Shown here piece by piece: positions 54,026 to 63,174 of a stretch of 64,000 nucleotides of DNA. The stretch lies in IMG/VR virus record IMGVR_UViG_3300046724_000152, positions 1 to 64,000 of that record. One strand, 5' to 3'. Position numbers and translations under genes: made by a program. The notes under the pieces are model-generated. The model searched no databases. It was not told the origin of the DNA and saw nothing but the letters and a program-made list of their open reading frames with translations. Position 1 is the stretch's first letter. Each line of letters opens with the position of its first letter. The DNA is from a virus.

Positions 54026-56562
54026 TGGCTCCTCGCACCAACTCGATGCGGTTGGACGATCCCTATCCTGAGGTTGTGCCGCCAGCATTGACCTTGGTGA
54101 AAGGCGAGAGCGATGAGATGGGGCCGGACTCCACCTCGTTCGAGGACGGTGCCCTCAAGATCGAGCATCCTGATGGATCGGTCACCATCGATCTGAATCC
54201 TCCGGATGAGAAGGATGATGGCCCAGAGACCACCGAGTTCGACCGCAATCTCGCGCTTAAGATGTCCGATGATGAACTCAGCAGCATCGCCTCGACGCTG
54301 ATCGAAGGCATCGACAGAGACAATCAATCCCGCTCGAAATGGTTAGAGACCAGGGCTCTTGGCATCAGTCTGTTGGGGCTGGAGCTTGAAAAGCCGAGAG
54401 CCGGAGCCGGATCCGAGTCGGCCCCCATCGAGGGCATATCAACAGTCCGCCATCCTATTCTTCTGGAGGCCACTGTTTCCTTCCAGGCCACCGCCAGGGC
54501 CGAGCTTCTCCCCGCATCTGGGCCGGTTAAGGTCCGCAACGATGCTCCATCTCCGCCAAAGGAAGTCGTTCAGCAAACCTCCGCCCAGCAACAGCTCATC
54601 GAGAGCATGCAGTCGCAGGATGAATTGGCTCAGGCGCTGGAGAAAGATCTCAATCACTATCTGACTGTGACAGCCACCGAGTATGTCCCCGACACCGACC
54701 GCATGCTGTTCTACGTTGGCTTCGGCGGCGACGGATTCAAGAAGGTCTACAACTGTCCACTGAGACGAAGGCCGGTATCCGAGTCCATCGATGCGGAAGA
54801 CCTGATCATCTCTAACACCACGACGGATATCCAGAACTCAGGCCGCATTACCCATCGCATCAAGATGCGGCCTTCGGTTCTGAAGCGCATGCAGATCATG
54901 GGGGTTTACCGGGATGTGGACCTAAGTCCCCCGGCAATAACAACGACAAGCCCCGTCGACAAGAAGATGGAGGCGATCTCCGGTGTGACCGAGGCCAACA
55001 AGCTGCCGGAAGATCGTGACTATGAAGTCTACGAGACCTACTGCGAACTTGATCTCGATGAGTTCGCCCCGAAGGGACTCAAGGGCAAGGGGCTTCCCCT
55101 GCCATACCGCGTAACTATCGAGAAAGACTCCAGGAAGATCCTCGATCTTCGTCGCAACTGGCAGGAAGACGATGAGCAGGCGCTTGCCAAGCAATTCTTC
55201 GTACAGTTTCCGTTCATTCGCGGACTGGGCTTCTACGGTATCGGCTTCATCCACCTCCTCGGCAACACCGCCAACGCCCTTACCGCCGGATGGCGCGAAG
55301 CCCTCGACGCTGGAATGTTCGCCAACTTCCCTGGCTTTATCTACAGCAAAGGCCTTGGCCGACAACTCTCCAATCAATTCCGTATCCCTCCTGGCGGCGG
55401 GATAGGTCTCGATGTCGGGCCGGGTCAGAGAATCCAGGATTCGGTCATGCCGGTCCCTTATAAAGAAGCCGGTGCTGGCTTCATCAGTCTTCTTACTCAC
55501 ATCGAAGAGACCGGCAGACGCCTTGCCTCCACCGCCGAAGTCAGTGTTGGCGAGGGCAAGCAAGACGCCCCCGTGGGCACGACCTTGGCTCTTATCGAGC
55601 AGGCATCGAAGGTCATGGATTCGGCCCACAAGCGTTTACACGCCTCCCAGGCCGAAGAGTTCAAGCTCCTGAAGTGCCGGTTCAAGGAAGATCCAGAAGC
55701 ACTCTGGCGGCATAACAAGAAGACCACCATCAAGTGGAAGAAGGATCAGTTCATCCAGGCCCTGGACGACTGCGAGCTGGTCCCGGTGGCCGATCCGAAC
55801 AACCCGACCAGCCTGCATCGCTTGGCCAAGGGTGCCATCATCAAGCAGCTTCAGGCCGCCAATCCGGCGCTTTATGACGAAGTTGCCGTCGATATGCGGG
55901 TGATGCGGATCTCCGACATCGATCCTGCTGGCCTGTTCAAGGCCTCCCCGACTCCACCCCCGCCAGATCCACGCATGGTAGCGATCCAGGAGAAGGCCAA
56001 GGCGCAAGGCCAGATGAGCCAGATCCAGCTTCTGGAGACCAGGATCAAGGCCGCGACGGCGGCTCAGGCCATCCAGGACAAGGCCCAGGATCGCGCCTCC
56101 CGCGAGAAGATCGAGGGGATGAAAATCCAGCTTGAGGGTCTCAAGATCAAGGAAGAGCAACTCATTCATGCCCATGACGCCGAGAAGGACATCATCTCCA
56201 AGATGCATGAGATGAACATGGAGCATCAGGCCCATCAGCTAGAGCTTCATAAGGGTGTGGTTGAGAAGGCTCAGGAACTACAGCACAGCGATCTGGATAA
56301 ATCCCAGGAGCTGCATCACAACGATATGGCCAAGGCCCAGGAGTTGCGTCACAGCCAGATCGATACGATGCACAGTGCTGCAACCAACCAAGCCCAGTCC
56401 GATCATGACCGCCAACTGTCCAGACAGAAGCATGATGCCGAGATGTCTCGTGCCAATGCCAAGCACGAACAGGATATGGCCCACGCCAGGGAGATGCATG
56501 CTGCGAAGCTTGAAGCTGCCAAGCAGATGGCGAAAGTTAAACCCAAAGCCAAGAAGACATGA
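54025..56562 (+). CDS. portal protein
   Basis: Follows terL; HPILLEA, FKKVY, GFYGIG, DAGMFAN, APVGTTLALIE; long coiled-coil C-terminus. Confidence 0.88.
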   Translation: MAPRTNSMRLDDPYPEVVPPALTLVKGESDEMGPDSTSFEDGALKIEHPDGSVTIDLNPPDEKDDGPETTEFDRNLALKMSDDELSSIASTLIEGIDRDNQSRSKWLETRALGISLLGLELEKPRAGAGSESAPIEGISTVRHPILLEATVSFQATARAELLPASGPVKVRNDAPSPPKEVVQQTSAQQQLIESMQSQDELAQALEKDLNHYLTVTATEYVPDTDRMLFYVGFGGDGFKKVYNCPLRRRPVSESIDAEDLIISNTTTDIQNSGRITHRIKMRPSVLKRMQIMGVYRDVDLSPPAITTTSPVDKKMEAISGVTEANKLPEDRDYEVYETYCELDLDEFAPKGLKGKGLPLPYRVTIEKDSRKILDLRRNWQEDDEQALAKQFFVQFPFIRGLGFYGIGFIHLLGNTANALTAGWREALDAGMFANFPGFIYSKGLGRQLSNQFRIPPGGGIGLDVGPGQRIQDSVMPVPYKEAGAGFISLLTHIEETGRRLASTAEVSVGEGKQDAPVGTTLALIEQASKVMDSAHKRLHASQAEEFKLLKCRFKEDPEALWRHNKKTTIKWKKDQFIQALDDCELVPVADPNNPTSLHRLAKGAIIKQLQAANPALYDEVAVDMRVMRISDIDPAGLFKASPTPPPPDPRMVAIQEKAKAQGQMSQIQLLETRIKAATAAQAIQDKAQDRASREKIEGMKIQLEGLKIKEEQLIHAHDAEKDIISKMHEMNMEHQAHQLELHKGVVEKAQELQHSDLDKSQELHHNDMAKAQELRHSQIDTMHSAATNQAQSDHDRQLSRQKHDAEMSRANAKHEQDMAHAREMHAAKLEAAKQMAKVKPKAKKT

Positions 56563-56747
56563 CCATGGCTCAGAACACATCTAAGTGGGGTAGAGACACC
56601 GCGCAAAAGAGATATGCCGCTGGTGGCACTGTTGATCGAGACGAACCCAAGCAGGCTGAGCAGGCTAGAGAGGCTGCTGCTAAAAGAGTGAGAAATACCA
56701 GAGCGATGCCAGATGCCTTCCCAGTCGGCGGCGAACCAAAGGAATAA
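56559..56747 (+). CDS. small head-module protein with YAAGG motif
   Basis: ATGA overlap with the portal gene. Confidence 0.6.
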   Translation: MTMAQNTSKWGRDTAQKRYAAGGTVDRDEPKQAEQAREAAAKRVRNTRAMPDAFPVGGEPKE

Positions 56748-56749
56748 CC

Positions 56750-56962
56750 ATGGCCAAGGAACCAGAAGAAGGTCTCATCGAGCAAGCCAATGTCCCACAG
56801 ACGAGTCCTGAGTATCAGAAGCCTCAGGCCCAGGAGGACAGACACGAATCCAACTACGACAATGATGTGCCAAACAACTGGCTTCGTGGTATGGGGAAGG
56901 GCGAAGCTTGCGGTAAACCCGGCTTCGATCACGGCCCCTCAGGGAGCAGGTACGGAAAATAG
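56750..56962 (+). CDS. small head-module protein
   Basis: SD AAGGA, 70 aa. Confidence 0.55.
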   Translation: MAKEPEEGLIEQANVPQTSPEYQKPQAQEDRHESNYDNDVPNNWLRGMGKGEACGKPGFDHGPSGSRYGK

Positions 56963-56964
56963 CC

Positions 56965-57507
56965 ATGGCAAATCCATTTGGATCTAAGGTTAGAAGCTCC
57001 AGCGCCGCCAAGTACAAGGCAATCACCGGCAAGCCCTCGGGCGGCCAGACCTTTGCCGGTGGCTCCCAGGACTCCAGGGCCAAGGCCGCCGCCAGCGGCA
57101 AGGAGTCGAGGGAGTATAAGGTCGGGGGCAAGGTATCGCCGCCGAGCTTTGCCCGTGGTGGCCGATCCAAAGGCAAGGGCAAGGGTGGCCACAAGACTCA
57201 CATCAATATCGCCGTGGTCGCACCCCATAAGGGTGACGATGCCGGTGCTGCTGGACTGCCTCCAGGACTTCCACCGGGAGGGCCTCCAGGTTTGCCCCCA
57301 GGAGGCCCGCCCATGGCACCACCTCCTGGAATGGGACCACCGGGCATGCCTCCGCCTCCACCCGGACCGCCGGGTATGCCCCCCATGAAGCGGGGTGGTG
57401 CCGCCTATGCCAAGGGCGGCAAAGTTGGAATGAAGTCAGGTGCTGAGTCTGGCCCAGGGAGGCTTGAGAAGATTCGTGCCTATGGAGGCAATGCCAGGAA
57501 GGGCTGA
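56965..57507 (+). CDS. basic Gly/Pro-rich internal head protein with four xxxGG motifs
   Basis: YKVGG, FARGG, MKRGG, YAKGG; poly-Pro block. Confidence 0.65.
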   Translation: MANPFGSKVRSSSAAKYKAITGKPSGGQTFAGGSQDSRAKAAASGKESREYKVGGKVSPPSFARGGRSKGKGKGGHKTHINIAVVAPHKGDDAGAAGLPPGLPPGGPPGLPPGGPPMAPPPGMGPPGMPPPPPGPPGMPPMKRGGAAYAKGGKVGMKSGAESGPGRLEKIRAYGGNARKG

Positions 57508-57692
57508 TGGTTAAAACTCGATTCCACGCTCAGCTTGAGGCGAGAATAAAGGAGGCCGTGGAAAATAGGACTGTCTCGATAGCTACTGGAGGAGCCACTG
57601 ACTATGCTCATTACCGGGAGAATGTAGGTTATATCCATGGCCTACAGGATGCTCTCAAGCTCTGTGATGACATAGAAGCGGAATCTCAATAA
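57507..57692 (+). CDS. small head-module protein
   Basis: DYAHYRENVGYIHGL; lies directly before groES. Confidence 0.7.
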   Translation: MVKTRFHAQLEARIKEAVENRTVSIATGGATDYAHYRENVGYIHGLQDALKLCDDIEAESQ

Positions 57693-58105
57693 TGCCCATC
57701 GTATCGTCTACGCGCGTCATCGAACTGATCTCGAACTCCAAGAATCCAAAGATGGATATCTTGAAGCATATCGGGGATCTCTCCGGCGCTAAGGTCCACT
57801 TCAATCTGGTCTTGGTGGCGACTTACATCCGCCCAGCCAAGACTTCCGGTGGCATTATCAGGCCAGACTCGAATGTTGGCGAGGACGAATGGCAGGGCAA
57901 GGTGGGCCTTGTTCTCAAACTTGGCTCCAGGGCATTCAAGGATGATAACGATTTTGAGTTCGGCGAGGACCGCGTTTCGGTGGGCGAGTGGGTGGTTTAC
58001 AAGGTTGGTGATGCCACGCCCGTCATCCTCAACGGCTATCCCTGCCGGTGGGTCAAGGACTCCAGTATCAAGATGACCGTCAAAGATCCAAACATGGTAT
58101 TTTGA
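57692..58105 (+). CDS. groES: GroES-like co-chaperonin
   Basis: VLV...KTSGGIIRP mobile loop, GLVLKLG, VGEWVVY. Confidence 0.8.
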   Translation: MPIVSSTRVIELISNSKNPKMDILKHIGDLSGAKVHFNLVLVATYIRPAKTSGGIIRPDSNVGEDEWQGKVGLVLKLGSRAFKDDNDFEFGEDRVSVGEWVVYKVGDATPVILNGYPCRWVKDSSIKMTVKDPNMVF

Positions 58106-58113
58106 GGAATCAC

Positions 58114-59067
58114 ATGGCTAAGGAACCAGTAGCGAAGGATCCCAAGCAGGGCGATCTGATCGACAAGATCGAGCTTACTGCTCCGTCCGATGCAGCGGAG
58201 ATTCCAACCCCACCGGAGCCGGAGACCCCAGAGGTCGATGAACCGGAGGCTGAAGATGCCTCTGCTGCACTGCAAAAGCAGATCGAGGCGCTGCGTAAGT
58301 CCGAAGGCATCCAGAAGGACCGGGCCGACCGTTACAGGCAGGAGGCCGAGCAGCATCAGCGGCTTGCCAACGAGCGTGGCCTTGAGGTCGAGAAATCCCG
58401 CAAGGAAAAGCTAGAGGCCGACCTGGGCACGGTCAGCACCGCTCTGAAGGCCGCGCAAGATGCGGCTGAGGCCGCCGAGCGAGACATCAGGACCGCCGAG
58501 AATAACGGCGATGTCGATCTCAAGATCGATGCTTTTAAGCGGCTCACCAAGGCCGAAAACGCTATTTATCAATATGAAAGCGGTAAGCTCGACATCGAGG
58601 AGAAGATCAAGAGCCCGCCGAAGACCGAACAACCCGTCCAGCAACAGCAGCCAGTGTTGCCGCAACGGGTGCAGAATTGGATAGCCAAGAACAAAGACCG
58701 GATCGATGAAGAGATCTGGAACGACATGAAGGCCTATCATCCGAAGATAATCAGGGCTGGCTATGCTTTTGATTCGGATGAGTATCTTGCGGACATGGAA
58801 GTCAGATTGGGATGGCGGGAACGGGAGTCCAAAGATGAGCCGGTTGTTCAGCAGCCCCAGCAAAGGACCTCCATTGTGAGTGCTCCAGTCAGCCGTGAAG
58901 CTCCATCGACCCCGAACAACGACAGGAGCAGCAGTCAGGTTAAGCTGACTCCGGCCCAGCGGGAATATGCCAAGATTGCCGGGGTGTCCGAGAAGGTCTA
59001 TGCCGAGCAACTGCAAAAGATCAACAAGATGAAGGCCAACGGCTCTTACGAGCTTAAGGGAGGCTGA
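58114..59067 (+). CDS. capsid scaffolding protein
   Basis: SD GAGGA; acidic N-terminus, coiled coil, C-terminal VKLTPAQREYAKIAGVSEKVYA. Confidence 0.75.
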   Translation: MAKEPVAKDPKQGDLIDKIELTAPSDAAEIPTPPEPETPEVDEPEAEDASAALQKQIEALRKSEGIQKDRADRYRQEAEQHQRLANERGLEVEKSRKEKLEADLGTVSTALKAAQDAAEAAERDIRTAENNGDVDLKIDAFKRLTKAENAIYQYESGKLDIEEKIKSPPKTEQPVQQQQPVLPQRVQNWIAKNKDRIDEEIWNDMKAYHPKIIRAGYAFDSDEYLADMEVRLGWRERESKDEPVVQQPQQRTSIVSAPVSREAPSTPNNDRSSSQVKLTPAQREYAKIAGVSEKVYAEQLQKINKMKANGSYELKGG

Positions 59068-59069
59068 CC

Positions 59070-59642
59070 ATGGATGAGACCGAAGCCCCAGCCCCGGTGG
59101 AGAAGCGCCGTCCCGGACGACCGAAGAAGCAGCCTGTTGTCGAGCGAGAGCCGCTCCGTGAGCCAACCAAGTACAAGATGAGGGCTGCTCCCAACTGGGA
59201 GTCGGTAGACCCGAATGCCTCGGATTCTCCGGATCGGCTGAAGATCGACCCATCTTTGATCCCCGAGGGCATGTCGGCCATGTGGGTCACCGATACTGTC
59301 CTAGGGCAGGGTGTCCCTCAGCATCGCTCCAAATTCGAGCAGGGCGGCTGGACTCCAATCCATCAGTCCGACTTTGATGGCCAATTCAATGGCATGTTCA
59401 TGCCCAGAGATGCCGAAGGCGAGATCAACGTCGAGGGTCTTGTCCTGATGATGCGGCCCAAAGAACTGACGGCCAGGGCCGAGAAGGCCGACAGGCGCAG
59501 GGCTCAGGAGCAGGTTGCCATCAAGGAACAGGCTCTGACTGGTGGCGACATGCCGGGTGTCAGCCTGGATGCTCGTCATCAGAGTGCGACCAATACAAAT
59601 CGTATTCGTCGCTCTGTCGAAAGAATTGAGGTCCCGGAATAG
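59070..59642 (+). CDS. head-module protein with AT-hook-like motif
   Basis: KRRPGRPKK; GMSAMWV...GWTPI...GLVLMMRPKE. Confidence 0.7.
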   Translation: MDETEAPAPVEKRRPGRPKKQPVVEREPLREPTKYKMRAAPNWESVDPNASDSPDRLKIDPSLIPEGMSAMWVTDTVLGQGVPQHRSKFEQGGWTPIHQSDFDGQFNGMFMPRDAEGEINVEGLVLMMRPKELTARAEKADRRRAQEQVAIKEQALTGGDMPGVSLDARHQSATNTNRIRRSVERIEVPE

Positions 59643-59680
59643 CGCCTCTATTGACGAGAGGCGTTATTACCCTGTAAGGC
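59643..59680 (+). promoter_or_regulatory. candidate capsid-operon promoter with an inverted repeat around the -35
   Basis: CGCCTCT-A-TTGACG-AGAGGCG, then TAAGGC. Confidence 0.4.
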
Positions 59681-59790
59681 TGTTAACTCGCCTGTATAGG
59701 CGAACGGGGGCGATCCCCAAAATCTACACCTCACGCGCTGTGTGGCTTTTCCGTAGCCGGTCGATTGTGATCGTCTTAGAGGAGGCTGCA

Positions 59791-60474
59791 TTGGCCAACA
59801 CCAACAACCCATTCGGATTCCGGCAGTACGGGCAGCGTGAAGGTTCCGCGCCAACCGCCGGTATGGAACGAGCTTGGATTTCTTCGGCTTACACCAACCC
59901 GGTGTTTACCGGAGATGCGGTGGTGCGAAGCACCACGCCGAACGGGGCTCAGTATCTGGTGTCGGGCGGCAGCTCGCAGGGTACCGGAGCCACCACCCTT
60001 GGTGCATCGGTGGCCGTCAACCAGGGCATCTTCCTGGGCTGCAAGTATTACAATTCGAACGTGGGCCGCACCGTCTGGAACAGCTATTGGCCGGGGTCTG
60101 GCGCATCGGGTGACGTAGAAGTCTACGTCTGCACCAACCCGGAACAGCTTTATACGGTGCAGAGCACTTCCGGTGCGGTTCTCGGCTCTTCCAACATTGG
60201 CATGATTCTTCCGCAGTCCACGCTGCTTTCGAGCCAAGGCAATACGCTCACCGGCATCAGCAATATGACGGTCACTTCCAGTCTCGTCACCGGCCTGTCA
60301 TCTGGCGGCCAGTGGATGATCGTGGATGTGTATTCCAACGTCGCACCTCCTGGCGTCAACGGCACCTCAACGACTGCCGAGGGCCTTCAGATCGTCGTGG
60401 TGCAGCCGAACAGTGCCATGCGCCGCACTCTGTACGGTGTCGGTGGCGGCTTGGGTGTTGCTTACTCAAGCTAA
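59791..60474 (+). CDS. capsid decoration / minor capsid protein (TTG start)
   Basis: SD GAGGAGG; MANTNNPFGFR...VFTGDAV...GIFLGCKY; directly upstream of the MCP; very Ser/Thr-rich. Confidence 0.75.
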   Translation: MANTNNPFGFRQYGQREGSAPTAGMERAWISSAYTNPVFTGDAVVRSTTPNGAQYLVSGGSSQGTGATTLGASVAVNQGIFLGCKYYNSNVGRTVWNSYWPGSGASGDVEVYVCTNPEQLYTVQSTSGAVLGSSNIGMILPQSTLLSSQGNTLTGISNMTVTSSLVTGLSSGGQWMIVDVYSNVAPPGVNGTSTTAEGLQIVVVQPNSAMRRTLYGVGGGLGVAYSS

Positions 60475-60566
60475 TAGGTTTCTTGCGACCCTTCTGGGTC
60501 TTAACGCCGGTCGGCAGGAAGCCGACCATACCCAGGAGGTGAGGTTAGGGATAAGGATGTACGGCG

Positions 60567-61481
60567 ATGCCCGTCGCACTTGGACAGATTCGTGACCTTC
60601 TGCTTCCTGGCCTCTGGGGTATCAGCGGCAAATACAACATGATCGAGCGTCAGTGGCCGAAGATCTTCCGGCAGACTGACTCCAACATGGCCCTGGAACG
60701 TCGCGCCGCGATGCGCTTCCTGGGCTTTGCTCAGCTCAAGACGGAAGGTGCCCCGACCGCATTCGACAACGGTGCCGGTCAGCGCTTCGTCTATAACGCC
60801 GAGCACTTCGAGATCGGCCTGGGTTATGCGATCACCCGCAAGGCCATTGACGACAACCTCTACAAATCAGAGTTCGGCCCGTCCAATGACGGACTCATGG
60901 AGTCCTTCAAGGAGACCGAAGAGATCTATGCCGCCAACATCTTCAACACCGGATCCACCTTCAATACTTCGGTGCAGGGTGACGGCGTGGCCTTGTTCAG
61001 CTCCTCGCATCCGACCGATGCCGGTCTGATCTCCAACCGGCCATCTCCAGATGTGGACCTGAACGAAACCTCTCTGCTCAACGCCTTGATCACCATTCGC
61101 ACCACCTGGACCGACAACGCCGGTCTGAAGATCCATGCCAGGGGCCGCAAGGTCCTGATCCCACCGAACCTGGAGCCGATTGCGCTTCGGTTGTTCCGTT
61201 CCGAGCTTCGTCCGGGGACGACCACCAACGACGTGAATGCCATCCTGGGTATGAACGATTCCTTGAAGGAAGGGTTCATGGTGTTCGACTATCTGACCTC
61301 CGGGTTTGGCTGGTTCATCCTGACTAACCATGACGGCCTGATCTTCTTCAACCGCAAGCCGTTCGAGATGGATATGTCGGTCGAGTTCACCACCGACAAC
61401 CTCCTGGTCAAGGGCTACCAGCGGTATGTGCCATCGTACTATGACTGGCGAGCCGTCTGGGGCACCTACCCGACAAGCTGA
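60567..61481 (+). CDS. major capsid protein (HK97 fold, Mu gpT-like family)
   Basis: LLLPGL, GFAQLKTEG, LGYAITRKAIDDNLY, GDGVALFSSSHP, RYVPSYYDWRAVWG. Confidence 0.9.
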   Translation: MPVALGQIRDLLLPGLWGISGKYNMIERQWPKIFRQTDSNMALERRAAMRFLGFAQLKTEGAPTAFDNGAGQRFVYNAEHFEIGLGYAITRKAIDDNLYKSEFGPSNDGLMESFKETEEIYAANIFNTGSTFNTSVQGDGVALFSSSHPTDAGLISNRPSPDVDLNETSLLNALITIRTTWTDNAGLKIHARGRKVLIPPNLEPIALRLFRSELRPGTTTNDVNAILGMNDSLKEGFMVFDYLTSGFGWFILTNHDGLIFFNRKPFEMDMSVEFTTDNLLVKGYQRYVPSYYDWRAVWGTYPTS

Positions 61482-61609
61482 GGAAGTCATGATCTACAAT
61501 ACGTTTCCGTTCAGGGTCTACAGCGCGGTTCAAGGTGTAACCTTCAATTGCATCTTTGTGCCGTTCGGGACCCAGGCAATAGTGACTCCGCTCTGAGAAG
61601 GAACAGACC

Positions 61610-61942
61610 ATGGCCCAATCCGTAACACTTGCGTCGTCAGCCGGGACGGCTGCGATAGTTCTGAACCCGGTGGCCAGGACAACCACGGTGATGTTGAGCC
61701 AGAGCGTGGCGACATCGACTGGAGTCATTCAGATCGACGTATCTCTTGACGATCCGTCGATTCCTGGCGGCCCCGCTACCACTTGGGCGTTGCTGAGTTC
61801 GGCAGCCGCGATGACTTCATCGACGGTCGGGTCTCTGATCTATACCGTCCTGACGCCGATTGCTCAGGTCAGGCTCAACTCGACGGCCAACAACACGGCC
61901 AACACCTTCACGCTCAAAGCCCTGCAATCAGTCTCGGCATAA
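61610..61942 (+). CDS. Ser/Thr-rich small virion protein
   Basis: SD AAGGA; beta-rich; VSLDD...VRLN pattern shared with 62421-62789. Confidence 0.7.
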   Translation: MAQSVTLASSAGTAAIVLNPVARTTTVMLSQSVATSTGVIQIDVSLDDPSIPGGPATTWALLSSAAAMTSSTVGSLIYTVLTPIAQVRLNSTANNTANTFTLKALQSVSA

Positions 61943-61954
61943 CAGGAGAGATTT

Positions 61955-62212
61955 ATGGCCAATCGTCACAAGGCCCAGGCTTTTGCCAGGGGCGGCAAGC
62001 CAGCCCTCTCCTATGGCAACAAGGATGTTTCCGCCGCCGCCATGAAGGGCGGCACCAATCCCGGTATCACGCCGATCCAGAAGAAGGAGGGCGGCAAGGT
62101 CGAAGGCAAGGCCTCCGGTGGCCGGTTGGACAAGCGGGCCAGGGGCGGCAAGATCGGCAAGTTCGCCCGTGGTGGCTCGCCGTTCTCATCGGCCTCCAAA
62201 GTAAAGGGGTAG
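61955..62212 (+). CDS. basic small protein built from xxxGG motifs
   Basis: SD AGGAG; FARGG, KKEGG, KASGG, RARGG, FARGG. Confidence 0.7.
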   Translation: MANRHKAQAFARGGKPALSYGNKDVSAAAMKGGTNPGITPIQKKEGGKVEGKASGGRLDKRARGGKIGKFARGGSPFSSASKVKG

Positions 62213-62412
62213 GTGGTCCCGACAGCTACGCATCCGGTGGCGGGACCGATCACTGGATGCAACATGCTGTGAAGCACAAGGGAGCCTTACGCCAAGCTGC
62301 TCATCGGGCCGGTGAAAGCACAAGCGAGTTTGCCGAGAAGCACAAGAATTCACCTGGGGTAACTGGCCGGAGGGCGAGACTGGCTCTGACCTTTGCGAAA
62401 TTCCGCCACTGA
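62203..62412 (+). CDS. basic domain in the -1 frame, probable frameshift extension of 61955-62212
   Basis: YASGG..HWMQHAVKHKGALR...GRRARLALTF; A_AAG_GGG heptamer at 62203-62209. Confidence 0.55.
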   Translation, partial: KGVGGPDSYASGGGTDHWMQHAVKHKGALRQAAHRAGESTSEFAEKHKNSPGVTGRRARLALTFAKFRH

Positions 62413-62420
62413 GGTAGCAG

Positions 62421-62789
62421 ATGCCCTACGCGACAGTCACTCTGACCTCAGCCTCGACCAACACCTCCCCGGTAGCCAACCTCAACTGGATTGGCGGCAA
62501 GCCCACAACGGCTACGGTCCTGGCGACTTCGGTGTCGAGTGGTGCATTCACTCTCCAGTATACGCTGGACGATTTACAGCGGGTTCCATCTACCTTAGTG
62601 GCTTGGTTTGGTGTCAGCAGCGCGATTGGGCAGATCGGCACGATCTTTAGCGCTTCCGGTGCTTATCCAGACGGGGTGACTTATACATTCCCCGGTCCGA
62701 TTGCTGGGCTCAGGCTTTTCTCAAGCGCGGCGAATAATGTCAACAATGGCCCGATCTCCCTGAAGGTCCTACAGGGTGAGGGCTGGTGA
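62421..62789 (+). CDS. Ser/Thr-rich small virion protein
   Basis: SD GAGGT; FTLQYTLDD...PIAGLRL. Confidence 0.7.
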   Translation: MPYATVTLTSASTNTSPVANLNWIGGKPTTATVLATSVSSGAFTLQYTLDDLQRVPSTLVAWFGVSSAIGQIGTIFSASGAYPDGVTYTFPGPIAGLRLFSSAANNVNNGPISLKVLQGEGW

Positions 62790-62793
62790 GCCG

Positions 62794-63171
62794 ATGTCGG
62801 TTATCTATAGTCCAACCATCATCGATGCGCGTCTACAAGGCGTTGTAACTGGGTTAGGGAATGCATCGCACTTACTTCTAAATGCAGGTGGAACCACGGT
62901 GTCTACGATTCAAATGGGCAATCCAGCCGGTACCGTCAGTGGCGGTGTCCTGACCTTTGGCGGAACACTGCTGGATACGTCCGCCGCTGGCACCGGCAAT
63001 GTAGACAGCGCCGTCATCAACGATTCCCTGGGAAACTTGGCTATCTCCGGTCTAACGGTGGGGATACCGGGCGGCTCCCAGGACATAATCATTAGCAATG
63101 GGCTGAATTCCACGTTAATTACTGCGGGGCAAATCGTTGCATTGCTCTCAGCACAAATAACGGGATCCTGA
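62794..63171 (+). CDS. Gly/Ser/Thr-rich virion protein
   Basis: MSVIYS...ARL...PAGTVSGGVLTF. Confidence 0.7.
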   Translation: MSVIYSPTIIDARLQGVVTGLGNASHLLLNAGGTTVSTIQMGNPAGTVSGGVLTFGGTLLDTSAAGTGNVDSAVINDSLGNLAISGLTVGIPGGSQDIIISNGLNSTLITAGQIVALLSAQITGS

Positions 63172-63174
63172 TTC

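Noticed and set aside
57240-57390. CC-rich periodic DNA resembling a second array
   Set aside because: Periodicity is 3 nt and it encodes the Pro/Gly block of ORF 56965-57507; the same applies to 25180-25330.
57692-58105. GroES as a novel auxiliary gene
   Set aside because: Co-chaperonins in phage head modules are well known (capsid folding).
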